A stretch of DNA of 64,000 nt from contig BCGN01000001.1 in assembly GCA_001599295.1 (NCBI GenBank), forward strand, positions 310,001 to 374,000, given 5' to 3'. Both the position numbers and the translations under genes were made by a program. How positions within the stretch are numbered: position 1 is the stretch's first letter; each line of letters begins with the position of its first letter. Below, piece after piece: positions 23,942 to 37,900 of this stretch. The notes beneath the pieces were generated by a model. That model did no database searches. It was given only the letters and a program-made list of their open reading frames with translations, and was not told where the DNA came from. The stretch is from Sporopachydermia quercuum. Its lineage: Eukaryota.

Positions 23942-24555
23942 AACTTGGTGTTAAGGTTGCGATCAAAATTCCCAAATTTGTTAACTTTATTCATGTTTTT
24001 GGTAGTTGACTTTCATTTAGAGTTAACATTTGCAAACAAGCATTTTGCTTAAGGTTAACTCTAATTGACTTCGAATCTTAATCTGGCCTTCTCCGAATTC
24101 ATCAAAGAATTAAGTAGTGTTCAAGTGATGTTAATAGTTGCGTATTACAAGATAGATGGGTATCATGTTGGTAAAAATAACCGAAATTGCATAGATATCT
24201 GAGGACATATGTAGAACAGTAATTGAAGATTATGGCTGAATGTAAATAATAAGGAATTCTAAATGTCTATTGTATAAATTCAATGGTTAATCGGTTTGTA
24301 CAAAATGTACTCTCGTCAGGTATACTGTTTTGAGATGTTACAATAAGATCTCAGTATTGATTTAAATAAGTAGACATGTTAGTTTTATGTACCTAAATAT
24401 TCTATGCTTACTTTTGGTAGTTCATATCACCAAAATACTTGTTGTGAGAATGCGTACTGACTTTTCTTGCAGTATGCCTTTAATATGTGATGCTCATGTA
24501 TTATAATGTATTATGCATTGACTCCTGTCGACGTCAGACAATGAACCTCATCTAG

Positions 24556-25947
24556 TCAATCCGTAAAAATTATGTCTTCTGTTTGTATGAATGAATCTTC
24601 CAAATCATCTACCTCATTAATTATTTCCTCTGGCTCAACTGATAGTCTCAGTACAGCATCTGCACCAGGCTCTTCCATTAAATAAACGCCAGGTTCTCCT
24701 GCATTCTCTATATGTTTCTTATTTGCAGTATTATCACTTTGGGACAGTTGTTTATCAGAATATACAGCACTAGTATCAATATCAAGTTCAGTTTGTGTAG
24801 AATTTTCATTAGCCATTAACATCAATCCTGACGAAGAGGGAGGAAGTATCAAACTTGGATTGTAATAATGTATAATTAGGTCCCATAATTCCGTCTCTAT
24901 GTCTGTAATCCCTTCATCGGTAATTCTAAATAGCGTAATTGTTCTCAGTTTGAAGTGAGATATCGAATCAAAGTGCTTGATGAATGCATGTCTGTAAGAA
25001 ACATATATTAGGTCAGATGCTAATGGCCAAGAGTTTCCATAAGTATACTCATTGGAAACCCATGGCAACGATTTCACAACTTTGGGCGTTGATTCTGATT
25101 TAATAGCTTCTTCAGGTAAGGCGATCCAATCCTGATATAAATATATTCTACTACTTATTAATGAGTTCCAAGGTGACTTCTCATTGAGTGAAGGGTTCAT
25201 TAGAAGTTCAGTTTCCTGATTTTGTTGTGCTTGTGAAGAAGGATTCAAATAAGAATCTTGCAGCCGTTGTAGTGAGGTCTTCATAGCAGTTAGGAGAATA
25301 AATGTAGTGTTGAACTTGCTATTGATGGTTGACATCAATGCTAGAATATCATGGGTTGGTGATCTCTTATTGTTCTTTCCCGAATGAAGACCAATTATTG
25401 ATTGGTTTATGTTTAAGCAAGTAGAGAATCCGTCAATTACCACAAGATTGTATGTATTATTGACAAGCATTGACTTCAATAAAACAACTAGTTCACTCAG
25501 ATTATAACAGTATAATCGTGTCAATCTATTCAATACTTCTGTCGACAGATTCCATTTTTGAAGATGCTGGACAGGAATTTGACTTAAACAGTCTACCCAC
25601 AGCACATTCTTAGCGTTGATTTTCACACAGTTTATAGCTATATATAATGCAAGTGTAGTTTTACCTGATCCTGGTGGTCCGCATATGTCATATATCTTGC
25701 CAAACGAAATTCCACCATTCAACGAGTCATCCATAAAACTTGAACCTGTTTTGATACATTCTGGTGAGGACTCGTTTAAAAGATCAAACATAGACACCTG
25801 AGGTAATCTATGAGGCAACGAGCTTGGAATATCATCGTGATTATGGGTATAATTATGATTATGTTCCGGTATTGATTCATTGTCAAGGTCGGCTTCAGGA
25901 CTCGATCCCTTTGATTGTGAGTTTCCTGTTGGTCCAGAATTTTTCAT
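24556..25947 (-). CDS. RAD55: Rad51 paralogue, Rad55-like
   Basis: IKTGSSFMDDSLNGG, IYDICGPPGSGKT (Walker A), VLWVD and LVVIDG (Walker B), with an acidic C-terminal tail. Confidence 0.8.
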   Translation of the reverse strand: MKNSGPTGNSQSKGSSPEADLDNESIPEHNHNYTHNHDDIPSSLPHRLPQVSMFDLLNESSPECIKTGSSFMDDSLNGGISFGKIYDICGPPGSGKTTLALYIAINCVKINAKNVLWVDCLSQIPVQHLQKWNLSTEVLNRLTRLYCYNLSELVVLLKSMLVNNTYNLVVIDGFSTCLNINQSIIGLHSGKNNKRSPTHDILALMSTINSKFNTTFILLTAMKTSLQRLQDSYLNPSSQAQQNQETELLMNPSLNEKSPWNSLISSRIYLYQDWIALPEEAIKSESTPKVVKSLPWVSNEYTYGNSWPLASDLIYVSYRHAFIKHFDSISHFKLRTITLFRITDEGITDIETELWDLIIHYYNPSLILPPSSSGLMLMANENSTQTELDIDTSAVYSDKQLSQSDNTANKKHIENAGEPGVYLMEEPGADAVLRLSVEPEEIINEVDDLEDSFIQTEDIIFTD

Positions 25948-26249
25948 TCTTTATTGTAATTTCATGTTTTGTATGAAAATCTGTTCATTTTGAAGTGGAC
26001 TTGTGATTAGTGTAGCTATTGTATATATAGTAGTATTTGTACTAGTATTGACGGGGATTCTATTGCTGATTGTACTTGATAGAAAATGTCTAGTGAAAAA
26101 TTGTTGTACAAATGGGTTTGGAAAAATGGTCATAAAGAATGATGATCTGATAGATCTTACAGAATCTTGCAGGATCTTTATTAATTCAGGAATACGATCC
26201 TTTTAATCTCTGCTTAACATACCGTAGAAGGCAGTTTCTTATTGTTGAT

Positions 26250-27040
26250 ACAACTATAATGAACAATCAATAGCTAACCTTCTGTGACGCGTGTCATTGA
26301 GTCCCTATTTAAACGATTACGTGATCTTTTGCTTGAGTTGGTTGGAGAATAGGAAATTCACATGAGTGAAAGAGAAATTGCCTTGAAATATTGCTCTGAG
26401 GTTGTATAATAGATCGTCTGTCGGTAATATAGTTGCTGAATTTTGATGGGGATCAGCTTGTGCACTGTTCATCAATTGGNTTTTTGTGCATGACCGATTA
26501 TTTTGAGAGTCTGTTGCGGGACTCGTGATTGATAGATCAAAGGTTATGGGAGAAATACACCTCAAATACGATGTACAGAAAAAGTAGCAGTGAGACAATT
26601 GAATACTCAATTGAATCAACAAATCGTTACTTCCTAAATTCAACATTTCATCTTTCATAATCCACAGTAGTTACTTGCTCCCGTGCATCATATCATCATA
26701 TCAATAATGGGTAATGATTTTCAAGAGCTTCGCAGTTGTTTACGGTACCATCCACTGACGAGTACCATTCTCTCTATTTTATAGAAACATAATTACAATG
26801 AACTAGTTCTTCATTAATATAGCTTTATTCGATTCTTTTGTCTTGGCTGTCGGTTGTATAGCTTTCTTTTCATTATACTCTTTCTACCCTGTACACCAAT
26901 AAGAAACGTCAAGTATTGAAAAAATTCATTGCATATGATTCCAACTTCCAGATCAAGTAACTTAATTTCGTATCGGTTGTTACCTTTATCTTTTATTTCT
27001 GACGTTTTTTCAACTGTCTTTTCGTATCCTAGATTCAATG
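26250..27040 (+). mobile_element. Degenerate LINE-like RT fossil, domains 2-7
   Basis: RVIESLFKRLRDLLLELVGE* (26290-26352). One shared frame then carries ACALFINWXFVHDRLF*ES (26456-26512), INKSLLPKFNISSFIIHSSYLLPC (~26615-26686) and ALFDSFVLAVG (26822). FSYPRF (27019-27036) resembles FKYLGF. Spacing matches FIDFEKAYDRV.WE and F.I.RG..QG..LSP exactly. Confidence 0.65.
26287..26292. promoter_or_regulatory. MCB element (ACGCGT) upstream of RAD55
   Basis: tgACGCGTgtca, ~340 bp upstream of the ATG. Confidence 0.45.
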
Positions 27041-28680
27041 ATCTTCGTTTGAACTTCCTTAACTCCTTCTCCAGAATATTTACCGGCCAATAAACAGTGT
27101 CAATAGTAATACCGTTAATCGGCTTTTGGTTAATCGATGAGCTTTACTGTCTGATTTAAGCTTAAACTATCAAGCTATCAAACTTTAACTCCGAAAAAAA
27201 GAAATCATCACGGACAGGAGCACTTACCGGACACTAGTTGTTTGTTATAACCCTGATTCTCTGCTTGAGAAGAACTNTGTGGTCTCTAATGTCATTATTA
27301 TAAGAAGATCTTTTAGATCTGAACTGGTGAGCTATATAAAAGATTGAGAAAAGAAAATGAACAAAGAAGATCAAAAATTTGGTCGACCACATTGTATAGA
27401 AAACAGGGAGAGCTAGTTTGGGACCGTATAGAGAGAGAATAATAATTTCAGAGAAAGATGTTGTTATTAACATAAAATCATTAGATTGTGGTAATGATAA
27501 ACAATGCCCAATTCAGTTCCAACGTGTACAAGATGAATGAGTATGAACTAACAGCTTACTAGGAGGTAGGATTATCAAGAACTAAGTCTTGGAGTTATTT
27601 ATATTTAGTTAATGACTATCCAATTCTAATACCAGAATTTAATATTTCAGACAAAGTAGACGAATAACTCTCCCTTACGGTACATAACAAATAATAAATG
27701 AGAATTAAGAAATAAGAAATAAGGAATTAAACAATAACAAAGTCAGGGGTCAGAAAGTCATTTCTTTTAGTTAATGCCTATTACATATCATGCAATTTGC
27801 TTCGTTTGATTCGAGGACACGACCGTAGCCAATGATGAACCAGTGTACTAACCCCTGAATAAATTGTTAACATGATGAAATTACCAATGCAATGAATTGA
27901 CAGAAATAATGGTAATTGCTAGACGAAAAATAAGAGAGTAACTAGCACATTAACCAATTATTCAAATTTTTATGATAGTTCGTGTGATATTACGGAGAAT
28001 TGGGCATGGCTAAAGTAAAATTGAGTTATACACTCTAGCTGTAGAATATCAAGAGAGATCTAACATCCCGAACCATCTTACTATTTACCAATCATGACTG
28101 AGAAGTGACAAGGATAGGAATACTGAAGCATCAGATGAAGATATTCTTGTCAAGCTATTTAGATCATCAAGAAAGCAATCGTAACTATATTAATTGATAA
28201 ATTTCAAAAAAGAAATCTTTATCTAATCCATCAGTTTGTTTATCATATCAACTTTTTCCATTTACGTTATCAACCCCTGAATGAGGACGATGAGCTTGCT
28301 GAGCTGTTGGGAGATTCGAGTCCATATAGTCAAAACGAATAAAATTTATGAATAGGAAAGTATACGAGATTATTATCTTTCCTTAACCAAGCATTTGAGA
28401 CGATCTTGATATTCAGGATATACCATTATCATAAACAACAGACTAATAGTTATTTNCAATCAAATTACAATGAAGCCTTTGAAATTCTTCTCTCTTATTC
28501 AACCCTCTTTCCCGATAAAACAAACAATATAAACACTGCGTGTGTGTCTATAGATAACACTTTCCCAAGATAAGCTTACCACCCGTTCAAAACTACAACC
28601 AAGTAAATACGAAGCTCGCAATCCTTTTATTCCCGTCCATCGCAAAATATCATATCATATCACAATCATCTTTTATCTTT

Positions 28681-28940
28681 CCTTCTAGTACCTTATTCAC
28701 TTTCTTATTGCTTATCATTTGCCTTTGAATCCCCCATCGGACAGCGAGTTGGAAACTTTGTGAAGCCTTCTGAAAATGGCTTTCAATTCCCTGCAGTATT
28801 TCCATCCTCTCCTTAACTCCTTCTAAAACATCTCTACGACATTGCACCAAAAGTAAAGTTGAACAAACTCCCACCTTTTATATATCAATGAAAAATATTT
28901 ATATTCCTTCTTCCTTTCAGTTCATCGGATTTTTAATCGT
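28681..28940 (+). mobile_element. Degenerate LINE-like RT fossil, domains 2-3
   Basis: PSS-PYSLSYCLSFAFESPIGQRVGNFVKPSENGFQ...*LLLKHLYDIA...IFLLPFSSSDF*S, in a single frame from 28691, versus SYRPISL.SCL.K.FE.II..R....I.P.Q.GF...LL...I.....LDFSKAFDS. Confidence 0.55.
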
Positions 28941-30070
28941 TTATTTCACCGTTTCTTTAAGCCTCGTCTATTGTTTATTCTTTATGCATAAGACCTATGT
29001 CCCTTATATAAAGGCATGGTGATACTCTACGTACAAAAATGCTATATTCAAATAACTGAAAAGCCGTTATGTACTTAAGAACGGAAATAAGAGAGAGAGT
29101 AAATGAAGAGTCATAATAAGAATACACATAAATATATAACGAATTCAACATTTTAGAAACTACTTACTAATTTTCGAGTAAATGATCTCCATCAATAGCG
29201 TAATCTATCTTCTCAATGAAATAATTATATCTATAAATTATATACGTAAACTAACCCTACTATATGTTCCGCTCTTCATTTACACATACTTGGTGGATCA
29301 ATTGCTTACGTATATTTCAATTCACTCACCGCCGAATACAAAACTGACTTTTTGGCCATTTCATAGTTTTTTTTCTTCCTTCAAGTCTAACAAGTTCACA
29401 GAAAAATCAATCTAGATATTCATCTATCAAAGATATTGTGAATTACTACAATTTACTAGCACCATATCTAATAACATTATTTACTTCTATCAACAAATTG
29501 GAGATTGATCGAAGTGGATGTCGTTAAAGTTGGTTATTATTGTCAAGGAAACAGTAATTTTCATCAGCCTGTGACAAAGAAGTTCGAACCAGAATTGTCA
29601 AGTCATNATAATTGTTAGAACATTATCTATAACAGTGAAGTAAAATCAGACACCGATATCGATTTGAATAAGCCAGCAGATCTGTTTGTTTAGGATACTT
29701 GATCTACGCTTGCACAACGACAAGAAGCTCCTGGTTTTTGGTTCATAGTGACGACAATTCTGTTACATGGAAATTGAGTTGCTCGCAGTACTAGACTAAC
29801 GCCACGGCACATTGAACATCATTTTGATTGATTTTGATTGATGGAACTGAACATTACAGTGTCATCAGGCATTGAAACGAATGAAAATCAACGAGAGTCA
29901 TTACGAAAATACGATTGATTCGATTGTTTTTATTTTCTTGCATTCATATTGATCTCAATACATAACCTCTCTCTCCACTTATTTCTGCAAATTGATAAGA
30001 AAATCAAAAATACCAGAAAAAAAATTTAAAAGTTAACACCAAATCATACATCAAACGGAAAATAAAGACA

Positions 30071-31444
30071 ATGTCAGTCGAAGCAATTCAACTACCAGTT
30101 GCGCCAGGCTCAGATACAGTATTCAGCGGAAAAGGATCAAAGTCTGGCCATCTAGAAAACGATATGGCACTATCATTAGCATCAGCAACCTCCCAATCGC
30201 AGTCAGAAGCAGCATCAGCAACACCTTCAATACCACCATCATCATCAGCAACACCTCCATCAGGAAATGCATCATCACCATCTAATCCACAAGGTATTGA
30301 ACTCGACGAAATTGACTATGAGTCTCTACCAGAGACATCACCATTGATTGCTCATTTGGCTGCTGGCGCCTTTGCAGGTATAATGGAACACAGTGTGATG
30401 TTCCCTATTGATGCCATCAAAACCAGAATGCAAGTATCTTCATCTGCAGCATTAGGAGAAACATATACAGGCCTTTTGTCATCTATAACGCGGATCAGTG
30501 CTTCCGAAGGACTGTTTTCTCTATGGCGAGGTGTAACATCTGTGATTTTAGGAGCAGGTCCTGCTCATGCAGTTCATTTTGCAGTTTACGAGTCCACAAA
30601 GTCGTCTTTATTGAAACTATTAGATAAAAGCGATAAAGTAAGTATAGCTAGTGCTTATAACCCTACAATTCATGGTAATCAATGGGTATTTGATGATCAA
30701 CATCCAGTTGTCACCAGTTTGGCAGGCGCCAGTGCAGTAATTGCTAGCGACTTCTTAATGAATCCTTTTGACGTGATTAAGCAAAGAATGCAGGCCCAAT
30801 CACAATTCTCGGAAGCTCGTGGCACGGGGCCAGCCCACAGTACAGCTCAAAATATCTCTAAAGTTTCAACATCAACATCATCAGCATCCACAAAATCTCT
30901 ACTCAAATATAAAAACTTTTACGATTGTACAAAACAAATCATCCTACACGAAGGAGGAATTAGAACGTTCTACTTATCTTACCCCACAACAGTAATGATG
31001 GATATTCCCTTCTCAGTTATCAATTTCACAATCTATGAAAGCTCTCTCAAGTTTTTCAACCCATCGAAAGAATATAATCCTTTAGTTCATTGCATTTGCG
31101 GTGGAATTGCTGGAGCCAGTGCTGCTGCATTTACTACACCATTAGATGTGATTAAAACATTACTACAAACCAAAGGATTACAAATTGCTAGTAATAGTGA
31201 TAATTCTAATTATCTTAGGAAAGTCAATTCTCTATATGCTGCTGCAAGATATATTTATAGAGGAGGATTGGCACAACAGCTACAAAAAGATGGACACACA
31301 CGACTTACTACTATCGACAGACTAAGAGCATATGGAAGCTTTTTTAGCGGCTGGAAACCAAGAATTATTGCCAATATTCCTTCTACAGCAATCAGTTGGA
31401 CTTGTTACGAAATGGCAAAGAAATACCTGATCAATTCAAACTGA
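30071..31444 (+). CDS. MRS4: Mitochondrial iron carrier (mitoferrin, Mrs3/Mrs4)
   Basis: EIDYESLP, AGAFAGIMEHSVMFPIDAIKTRMQ, GAGPAHAVHFAVYE, three carrier motifs (PIDAIK, PFDVIK, PLDVIK) and GWKPRI..N.PSTAISW..YE. Confidence 0.93.
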   Translation: MSVEAIQLPVAPGSDTVFSGKGSKSGHLENDMALSLASATSQSQSEAASATPSIPPSSSATPPSGNASSPSNPQGIELDEIDYESLPETSPLIAHLAAGAFAGIMEHSVMFPIDAIKTRMQVSSSAALGETYTGLLSSITRISASEGLFSLWRGVTSVILGAGPAHAVHFAVYESTKSSLLKLLDKSDKVSIASAYNPTIHGNQWVFDDQHPVVTSLAGASAVIASDFLMNPFDVIKQRMQAQSQFSEARGTGPAHSTAQNISKVSTSTSSASTKSLLKYKNFYDCTKQIILHEGGIRTFYLSYPTTVMMDIPFSVINFTIYESSLKFFNPSKEYNPLVHCICGGIAGASAAAFTTPLDVIKTLLQTKGLQIASNSDNSNYLRKVNSLYAAARYIYRGGLAQQLQKDGHTRLTTIDRLRAYGSFFSGWKPRIIANIPSTAISWTCYEMAKKYLINSN

Positions 31445-31912
31445 ATTTGGAAAAGAAAACATCATTTAGGATATTCTCACACTTTCTTTTTAGTTCATGT
31501 CTACCTCAGATTTAATGATTCATGTTATTAATGTACTACTTAATGTCATTTCTTATACACTTTCTTATTTGATATCAGTTCGTTCGTTCTACATTGAACT
31601 CAACATGTGACGCAACAGAAAAAAAACTCAACGTTTCAAGATTCAATCATTTATTTTTTATTATCTTTTCATCCTTTTGTTCCTTCAACGATGGCTTTTT
31701 ATATTTTCACTGTTTTACTTGTTTTATTTCTATTGTCTTCTCACTTTTATTTTTATTTTTATGTTCTATTTTGTTGAACTTAAATTCATCTACGCCAGTT
31801 ATTTCATTTTCATTTTGCTTATGATTTTTATTCATTATTAATTCCATCACGTATTTGATGGACTTGTTGTACGTACTTTCATATACCTGTATATATCATG
31901 TTATGATGAAAA

Positions 31913-32115
31913 GAAATTAGTTTCTTTATATGATAAAATCTTGGCGTAGCATAACTATTTTCGAAGATATGACGCTATTCGATCAGCCTAGATAGAACAC
32001 AGCACGGGTCACCATTGTGAGAACGAAAATTATGTTGAAATGATCTCGATCAGAAACTTCAGCATAGACACAGCTAGCTAGGCGCTACGTTGAAAGCAAT
32101 ATGACAACGTACAGT
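31913..32115 (+). mobile_element. Degenerate LINE-like RT fossil, domains 2-3
   Basis: EISFF-YDKILA* (31913-31949), QHG 18 codons later (32000) and KA-YDNV (32093-32111), versus PISLLN.DYKILAK / Q.GF / KAYD.V. Confidence 0.5.
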
Positions 32116-32483
32116 ACGTGAAATCACATATCGGAAGTAATCCAACTGCCTGGAGATCATTCAGTTTTTCTAATGATCAAAATGGAAAATACAAACAGCC
32201 TTTAGTTCCTGTTTCGATATTTGACCATGGCAGAATAGGCTTGTTAGTGGAAACAGCTATTAATTGCAGATTATTCATTTCACTATGACTGTGGACATAT
32301 AAGTCAAATAATTCACGAGACAATTATGAAGTCATCAGATTTTCACTCTTAGTAGAATCTCTGAACTGAAATCGTACGACCTTAATTGCAAGGATCTACA
32401 TGATAAGTAATTTTATGCATCTTTCAGCACATCTGATGCAGCTACAATGAGAAAACACAGGAAGCAATATAAAACTCATTGGC

Positions 32484-32798
32484 TCACAGTTTCAATCCGC
32501 CGAATTCCAACATGCCGCTCAACATATCCTTCTTTAATTCCTTCTTTCTAACCTCTTCCTTCTCGTAGATCTTCTTTACTCCCTCTAAACTTGATTTTCC
32601 TAACCGTTTTTCTGTTTTGTAAATCAAATCAATATCAAAATCATCATCAATTTTGCTTCTTTGTATGTTTGTTTGAGCCCTTTTCGCTTGGCTTCCACTT
32701 TTCTTGGTTTTTGTTCGAATCTTACCGCTGCCACTACTACCTTTCGATTTCACTTTTGACACACCTTTCTTAACACATCCTTTCTTACCCACAGTCAT
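32484..32798 (-). CDS. ADF1: Small basic Adf1-like protein (104 aa)
   Basis: Lys/Gly-rich N-terminus, AKRAQTNIQRSKID, and C-terminal DMLSGMLEFGGLKL, similar to the S. cerevisiae Adf1 ending. Divergent from KRR1, as in S. cerevisiae. ATG at 32798. Confidence 0.75.
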   Translation of the reverse strand: MTVGKKGCVKKGVSKVKSKGSSGSGKIRTKTKKSGSQAKRAQTNIQRSKIDDDFDIDLIYKTEKRLGKSSLEGVKKIYEKEEVRKKELKKDMLSGMLEFGGLKL

Positions 32799-33174
32799 TC
32801 TAGCAATATTACTGTTACTAGCTCTAATCACACGTTCTAGAACAGTAAAGTTAATGAAAGCGATACGAGTTAGCGCTTCAAAGTTTTCCTTTACTGTTGA
32901 ACCTATTTGTACTACACCTCTCTAATGCCATTTGATAAGAAGCGTTTCCTTTGCTCTTTCATCAAAGATTCTCAACTCCTACAGTTATAAGAATTCATTT
33001 AGTAGTGAATAAAGCAGCACTGAGTAAANTTTGGCACTAAATAAATAATGGAGTTTTCAATATACACCTTTATGTTTAATCTTTAACTAACAGACCTTTT
33101 TAAGCTTCAAACCTAATATGAGCATTATGTCTCCTTTTGGTATTAGTAGGTATTTTCTTCTCCCTTGTCATTAC

Positions 33175-33254
33175 AAAATTTTTTAATTACTATGAACTAT
33201 GAGGATAAAAAAGTGAGAAATGTAAAATATGCGAGAGCTTTTAATAAGATGAGC
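33175..33254 (+). promoter_or_regulatory. RRPE-like (AAAATTTT, 33175) and PAC-core (GATGAG, 33248) ribosome-biogenesis promoter elements
   Basis: Both motifs lie in the canonical order within 200 bp upstream of KRR1. Confidence 0.6.
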
Positions 33255-33349
33255 AAATCGATTGGGGATTGACATTGGAGTTGGAAAAGATTACTTTACT
33301 TTACCATTTTCATTAGTTTTATTCGCACTCATACATTAATTTAATCATC

Positions 33350-34495
<1,146 letters not shown>

Positions 34496-34680
34496 ATACT
34501 TAAAGAGTACAATTTATATTTATGTACAGTCTGTAGTAGAATACATAATTAGTGAATGTATTGGACTGTTCACATCGCTGAGCAGAGATACCAAATATTT
34601 CTCGTTTATATCGTATAATCTCTTCTTTTGAGAGGAGATTCGAAGCGATACACAATCTCGAAAAAATAGGAAGATTCTGG

Positions 34681-34736
34681 CACGTGACGTTTGTTTAGCT
34701 TACGCGAAACTCTGTGTACTCATCTCGTTTACGCGT
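34681..34736. promoter_or_regulatory. G1/S promoter module of MRC1: CACGTGAC, ACGCGAAA, ACGCGT
   Basis: E-box at 34681-34688, MCB/SCB-like site at 34702-34709 and perfect MCB at 34731-34736, 200-250 bp upstream of the ATG. Confidence 0.7.
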
Positions 34737-34933
34737 TAATTTAGTGTTTCTTGCTGTTTGTTTTTCATATCATAATCAGTCATTGTTGTTATTCATCCTT
34801 TGGAAGTTCCCATCTTCATCACCAAATAGTCAAATGCTTCCTTAGTGGAGATATGTAATCAATCATTAGTTTCATTGATATCGAATTTGTCATTGATCAC
34901 TAATGTGCATTCCACAGAGCGCGTCTTCCCACA

Positions 34934-37900
34934 ATGAATATCATTGAAAGCTTAGAAGAGCTAAATACCACTACGCCTAAAGTGCGAAAAACCTATTCAA
35001 TAGTAATCAATCAATCCAAAAAAAATGAAGAAGCAGACAAGGAAAATCAAAGTCCGAGCGTAAAACGTTCACATCTGTCTTCATTCAGTTCAATGGATTT
35101 GAATGATATGCTGTTTGCTAACGGGACTGATAGTATTCAGGACAACACTCATAATGAATCTGTATTCTCATCCGATGGATTATCTGATACAACTAATTTA
35201 GCTACATCACCAGAAATCTTCAAAGCTGACAAAACATATAATAATGCCTCTCTGACTATTGAGAAAATTAAACAGCGAATGGCGAACAGTAGTAGGAGTA
35301 CCAATATAAGAGACAATACTACTCCTAAAGATAATCAATCAAACGATGAACATACCACCACTGACTCAGCTGAACGAAAATATTATCAAGAAGAAGCCAG
35401 TAGAGGAGAGAGTGATAACTTTAAAATTGTTGAAACTATTATTCCTATGGGTACTAGTATGTCAGGGTCAAATACAGATGTAACTACAAATTCAACTACT
35501 GATCGAACTGCAGATATCCAATCTGATAACGCCATTGAGCCAGTCAAACAACTAATACCCTCAGCAACAAAAGCCTCAAACTCAGAACCTATATCTCAAA
35601 GTAAGAACACATCTGAGCTGTTTAAATACTCGGCTCAACAATTAGATGACCCTGATTCAGACTCTGGCGATGATATTATCTCCAAAGCTCTTTATAGAAG
35701 AAGCAGAGCCAATAGTCATCAAATCAAATTTAAGAGATCTAATCTGTTTGTTGAGTCAGATGATGGCTTAGAAAATGAGAATGAATCTCAGGTTGAAACT
35801 GAAGGTGACTTAAAAATGCATTCAGATGAAAGATTAACTTCTAGAAGTCATAGAGGAGAGAAAAAAGAAGCGTATTTGGAAGTTGAATTAGATGATTATC
35901 AACGTGGAACTGAATCAAATGTTTTCTTACCTTCATCGCCAATCAAATTATCAACCAAGACAAAGCATACCAATGGCTTAGTTCTACCGAATGAGAACAA
36001 CTCCAATTCTACCAATGGTATTAATTCTGATGATGAATCAGATTCAGAAGCTGCACGGGTGCTTCAATCGCGGAAGCAAAGAATCGATAATTTGATCCAA
36101 CAAAGAAAAGTCGAAAAACAGAACGATTTGCCGGCTCATGACGACAACGCCAATTCTTCACAGGGACAATCAGACTCAGGATCAGATGATGAGAATGATG
36201 ATAGAATGATAAGTTCTGAAATCAGAGCCAAGAAGAAACTGACGAAGAAGCAATTAGAGGCTTTAACCAAAGAGTCCCAAAGGATTGAAATGTCAAGAAC
36301 TGGTACTTTAAAATCAAGAACTAACGTTACTTTTGCTAAATCTTCTTTATTATCTAAGTTTGGCTTTTCTTCCAAGAATGAAGACAAGAATAACAGTGGC
36401 AACGACGAAAATAACGACTATAGTCATCACAACAACAATAACTATAAAGATAAAGACATTGATGTGAATCCCATCGCAGGTGACAGTAACGATGAAAATG
36501 TTAATGAATCCAATCAAACCAAGTATACTCCTACCAAACATAAGGCTCCTACTCCGATCGTGGTTGGATCTAAGTCTCTTAAGAACAGTGTGAATCATCC
36601 TAGTACTATTGAGCTTGATTCTGACGAAGATTCGGACAAAGAATCAATCAACACTTTGAAACAAGAACTAAGGGACCCTCTTGCCAGAATAACTTTCTTA
36701 AAGGCTAGAAACAAAGCAATCAAACAGAATGAACATATTTCTAATAAACAGCTATGGAAAACTCTTGAATCAAAAATCCGTAATCAAGTTAAAGAGCTAT
36801 CGACAAAGCTAGTGATCCTTACTGAAGATATTCAAAAAGAAGAAGATGTTATAGATAATTTGTTAGAGAAAGAGATCATGAGAGCCAAGAAGATCAGAGA
36901 CCGTGAAAAGGCTAGAAGAAAATCAGGAAGTAAAGATGTAGACGAAGTTGATGAGAGTGAAGAAGATCAGGATGAAGACGAAGAGGATGAAATCAGAGTC
37001 GATTTTGATTACGAAATTCAAGATGAAATACCAGAGAGTGAAAATGATGAGGATGAAGGTGAAGATGAAGGTGAAGATGAAGAAGAAGAGAACGAAGAAG
37101 AAAAACAAGAAGAAGAAGATGATGATGATGAGGAGCGCATTGAATTAGCAGAATGTGAAACAGAAGAACCTAATGAGGATGATGAAACAAACAATGGAAT
37201 CCATATTCATAAGCAAAGAAAAAGGAGTATCATTACTGACGATATAAATGATGAAACCGAAGAGTCAGAATTAAATGATTTACCTGAAAACATAGAAAAT
37301 GATCAAATTGATCGCAACCCTTTCAATTCTAGCCTGGAAATTGAACCAAACCCTCAAGAATTGGACACTCTAAAAGCAACGAAGCTTCTATTCAATAAAG
37401 CAAACATCAACAGCAGAGCTGTTGACCCTGTTAATATTAATACTTTCAAGTCACCAATACGCTTATCACAAGTCTTTGGAATGTCAATTGGAACTCCATT
37501 AAAGTCTTCTTCAAACACCAAATCACTGCAAGAAAACAACTCTCAGTTAATGTTCGATGAATTGAGAATGAAACAGCTGGACTCTTTGAATTCTCAATCT
37601 GACGATATGGAATTACAGCAATTGACCTCTCAGAGCCAATCATCAATGATTTGTAAGAAAATTAGTGACCATGCAAATAGCAATGATATTATCAAAATGG
37701 ATGAAGGAACTATGCCTAATAGTACATTACCTGTTGAAAGCACATTGGCTGTCAATAATGGTGATGATAATGTTGATGGTGACTGTTATGAAGAGACACA
37801 GTTAGTTAATGATAGCATCAACGATAGCATCGGTATCAGCAATGGCATTATTGATGGTAGCATTATCGATAATTCTACAACTGCTATAACTACTAGAAAC

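Noticed and set aside
24017..24064. 11-bp inverted repeat TTAGAGTTAAC/GTTAACTCTAA
   Set aside because: About one such repeat is expected by chance in 64 kb of AT-rich DNA, and there is no TSD or second copy.
26814..27140. Minus-strand peptides resembling a gypsy integrase (YWP..LEKELRKF) and LeuRS (GKYSGEGVKE)
   Set aside because: The matches are short and lack the key Cys residues. The + strand continuation of the LINE-like RT explains the region better.
27832..27900. C/D snoRNA-like boxes (ATGATGA, CTGA, ATGATGA)
   Set aside because: There is no terminal CTGA or stem, and only ~8 nt of possible rRNA complementarity.
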